Origin: the human T2T-CHM13v2.0 reference genome, Homo sapiens
Assembly: GCF_009914755.1 (NCBI RefSeq)
Contig: NC_060947.1
Length of the DNA: 64,000 nucleotides
Strand: one strand, 5' to 3'
Shown here: positions 62,335 through 64,000 of the stretch, one piece after another
Layout of the letters: each line of letters starts with the position of its first letter
Numbering within the stretch: the stretch's first letter is position 1
Made by a program: the position numbers and the translations under genes
The notes under the pieces: generated by a model
Seen by the model: only the letters and a program-made list of their open reading frames with translations
The model's database searches: none
Told to the model about the DNA's origin: nothing

Positions 62335-64000
62335 GGAAGTTAAAATAGTAAACTGTTATGTGATATATGTTAACAAAATAAAAAAATTAAATTTTAAAGA
62401 ATGTTTTCCAGCATAGAGAGCAATCTATGAATCTATGAACGGGGGGAAAGTCAACATGAAGAAAGAGTCAATGTCGTCAACAACGACTGAGACAAGGGAG
62501 GTTTCCAAGTCCCCTCCCCATCCTCTCCAGTGACCTCAGCTGAGCAGCTCTGTCCTCATCTTTAGCTGACAGCAGCACTTTTCCATCCGCGAAGCTGATC
62601 TGCAGTCTTTTATTTGCAGGGTCTGCGGGGATGGCTTGTCCTCTAAGGGATTTTTTTGCTTTTGTTTTTGTTTTTATGAACAGGCAAATCAGCCTCACTA
62701 ATTTGGAGACGCCTTACCGTAGAAGTTGGTCCTCCTCTCTCCAGAGCCCGCCATAAAGCTGGGCTTTTGTGGTGAGAAGAAGAAAATGAGCCATCCTCAT
62801 CCCATCTCCTCCAACATCTATGCCACGTGAGGCTCCAGAACGGCTCTACTTTCCGACCTGGCTGCACTACAACTAGCCCTTAACCAAGGTGACCTAGCAG
62901 CCCTCGGTGGCTCCATCCACCTGTGGCTTCCTCCCTCCAAGGACCCTGCCTCAGGCTCTCTTCTGAGACAGTTGCTGCAGATGTTTTGCCCTCAAAGTTT
63001 CCCAAATTGGAATGCACTCTCTCTCCCTGGATCTCCTCACTGTCCAGCAGCCCAAATGCACAGCTGAGCCAGAGCCAGTCCTTCCTTATATGCACAGCCG
63101 AGCCAGAGCCAGTCCTTCCTCATACCCCAGTCCCCATGGCAGTCTCCTACACATCTGGGTTCACTGCATTCCTGTGTCCACCTCCTGGCTGAACTCAGAT
63201 TTGAGTTTCTCCCCCATGTCCCTCCTGCCCCGTAGTGACCCATGGCTTCCGTGTCACTCCCTGTCTAGAATGAGTTTCCACCACCCACCCCTTTCAGCCA
63301 ATAAACCCCTACTCCTCCTGCAAAATTCTCCTTAGGTGTCCACTGCGTCTTCACCCCCTACCTCTTGCCCTCCAGAGCTGGTAAGGCCCCTTTTCCACGT
63401 ATCGCTGGGACTCTTCTCACCCTACGCAGTTCTCCTTAGACCAAGGCACTGGAAGGCTTGGCATCAAATGGAAAACTCCATTCAGAAGACACTACAGTTG
63501 CATTCTCTTGCAAGAACTTAAACCTCCCTTTTCATACATAGAAAAAGGGAATCAAGGTAAAAAATAATAAAAAAGAAAAATATAGATAATAAAATAAGCC
63601 TCCCTTTTTGAAGCGTCTGCTTTGCCCCAAATACTAAACATGCAATGTATCATTTTTTGGACAAAGAAGAGGAAGAGAAGACCCAGGAGCTGCCTGCCTT
63701 CACTCTGGTCTCTGTGCTTTGCAGGCAGTGATGACAGAGCAAGAAGCGCTATTTCTAGATTTTTGCCTTTAAAATTCAAATAGAGAGCAAAATAAATAAA
63801 TAAATAAAAGGAGAGAACATGGTGTTCTTTCTTCCTGAACTCTCAGTAAAACAAAGGAATGATTTTACTCCTACCCCCAACAAGTACCAATGACAATGGG
63901 GACCACACTCAAGTCTGCAGACTTTAAAAAAAGATGTTTCCAAGAGATGCATCCACTCTCCCCGAAGAAGAGGTTCTGGCATGAACTCCTCTCCATGGAG

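Overview
Primate (almost certainly human) X-chromosome euchromatin, Xp22.33. The window holds the 3' coding two-thirds of PRKX (cAMP-dependent protein kinase catalytic subunit PRKX) on the minus strand. I reconstructed six GT-AG exons by hand (50538-50801, 37253-37372, 16743-16838, 11591-11648, 6137-6214, 2488-2636). They join in frame through the [11 protein letters not shown] and [14 protein letters not shown] kinase motifs to a C-terminal FKNF stop. The introns are repeat-dense: roughly 55 Alus, L1 3' fragments, MaLR/ERV LTRs, DNA-transposon MITEs and a Y1 RNA retrocopy. The most unusual items are: (1) a 5.6-kb, strand-asymmetric G-rich VNTR with higher-order internal duplication, which explains the three ~2000-aa pseudo-ORFs; (2) a MER41B solo LTR with one intact GAS/STAT1 site near exon 4; (3) a ~450-bp imperfect palindrome in intron 5; (4) a 24-bp tandem array rich in branch-point-like UAAC motifs just upstream of exon 3. 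I found no convincing new protein-coding system. Repeat boundaries are approximate, and subfamily names and exon numbers come from recalled consensus/annotation rather than a search.
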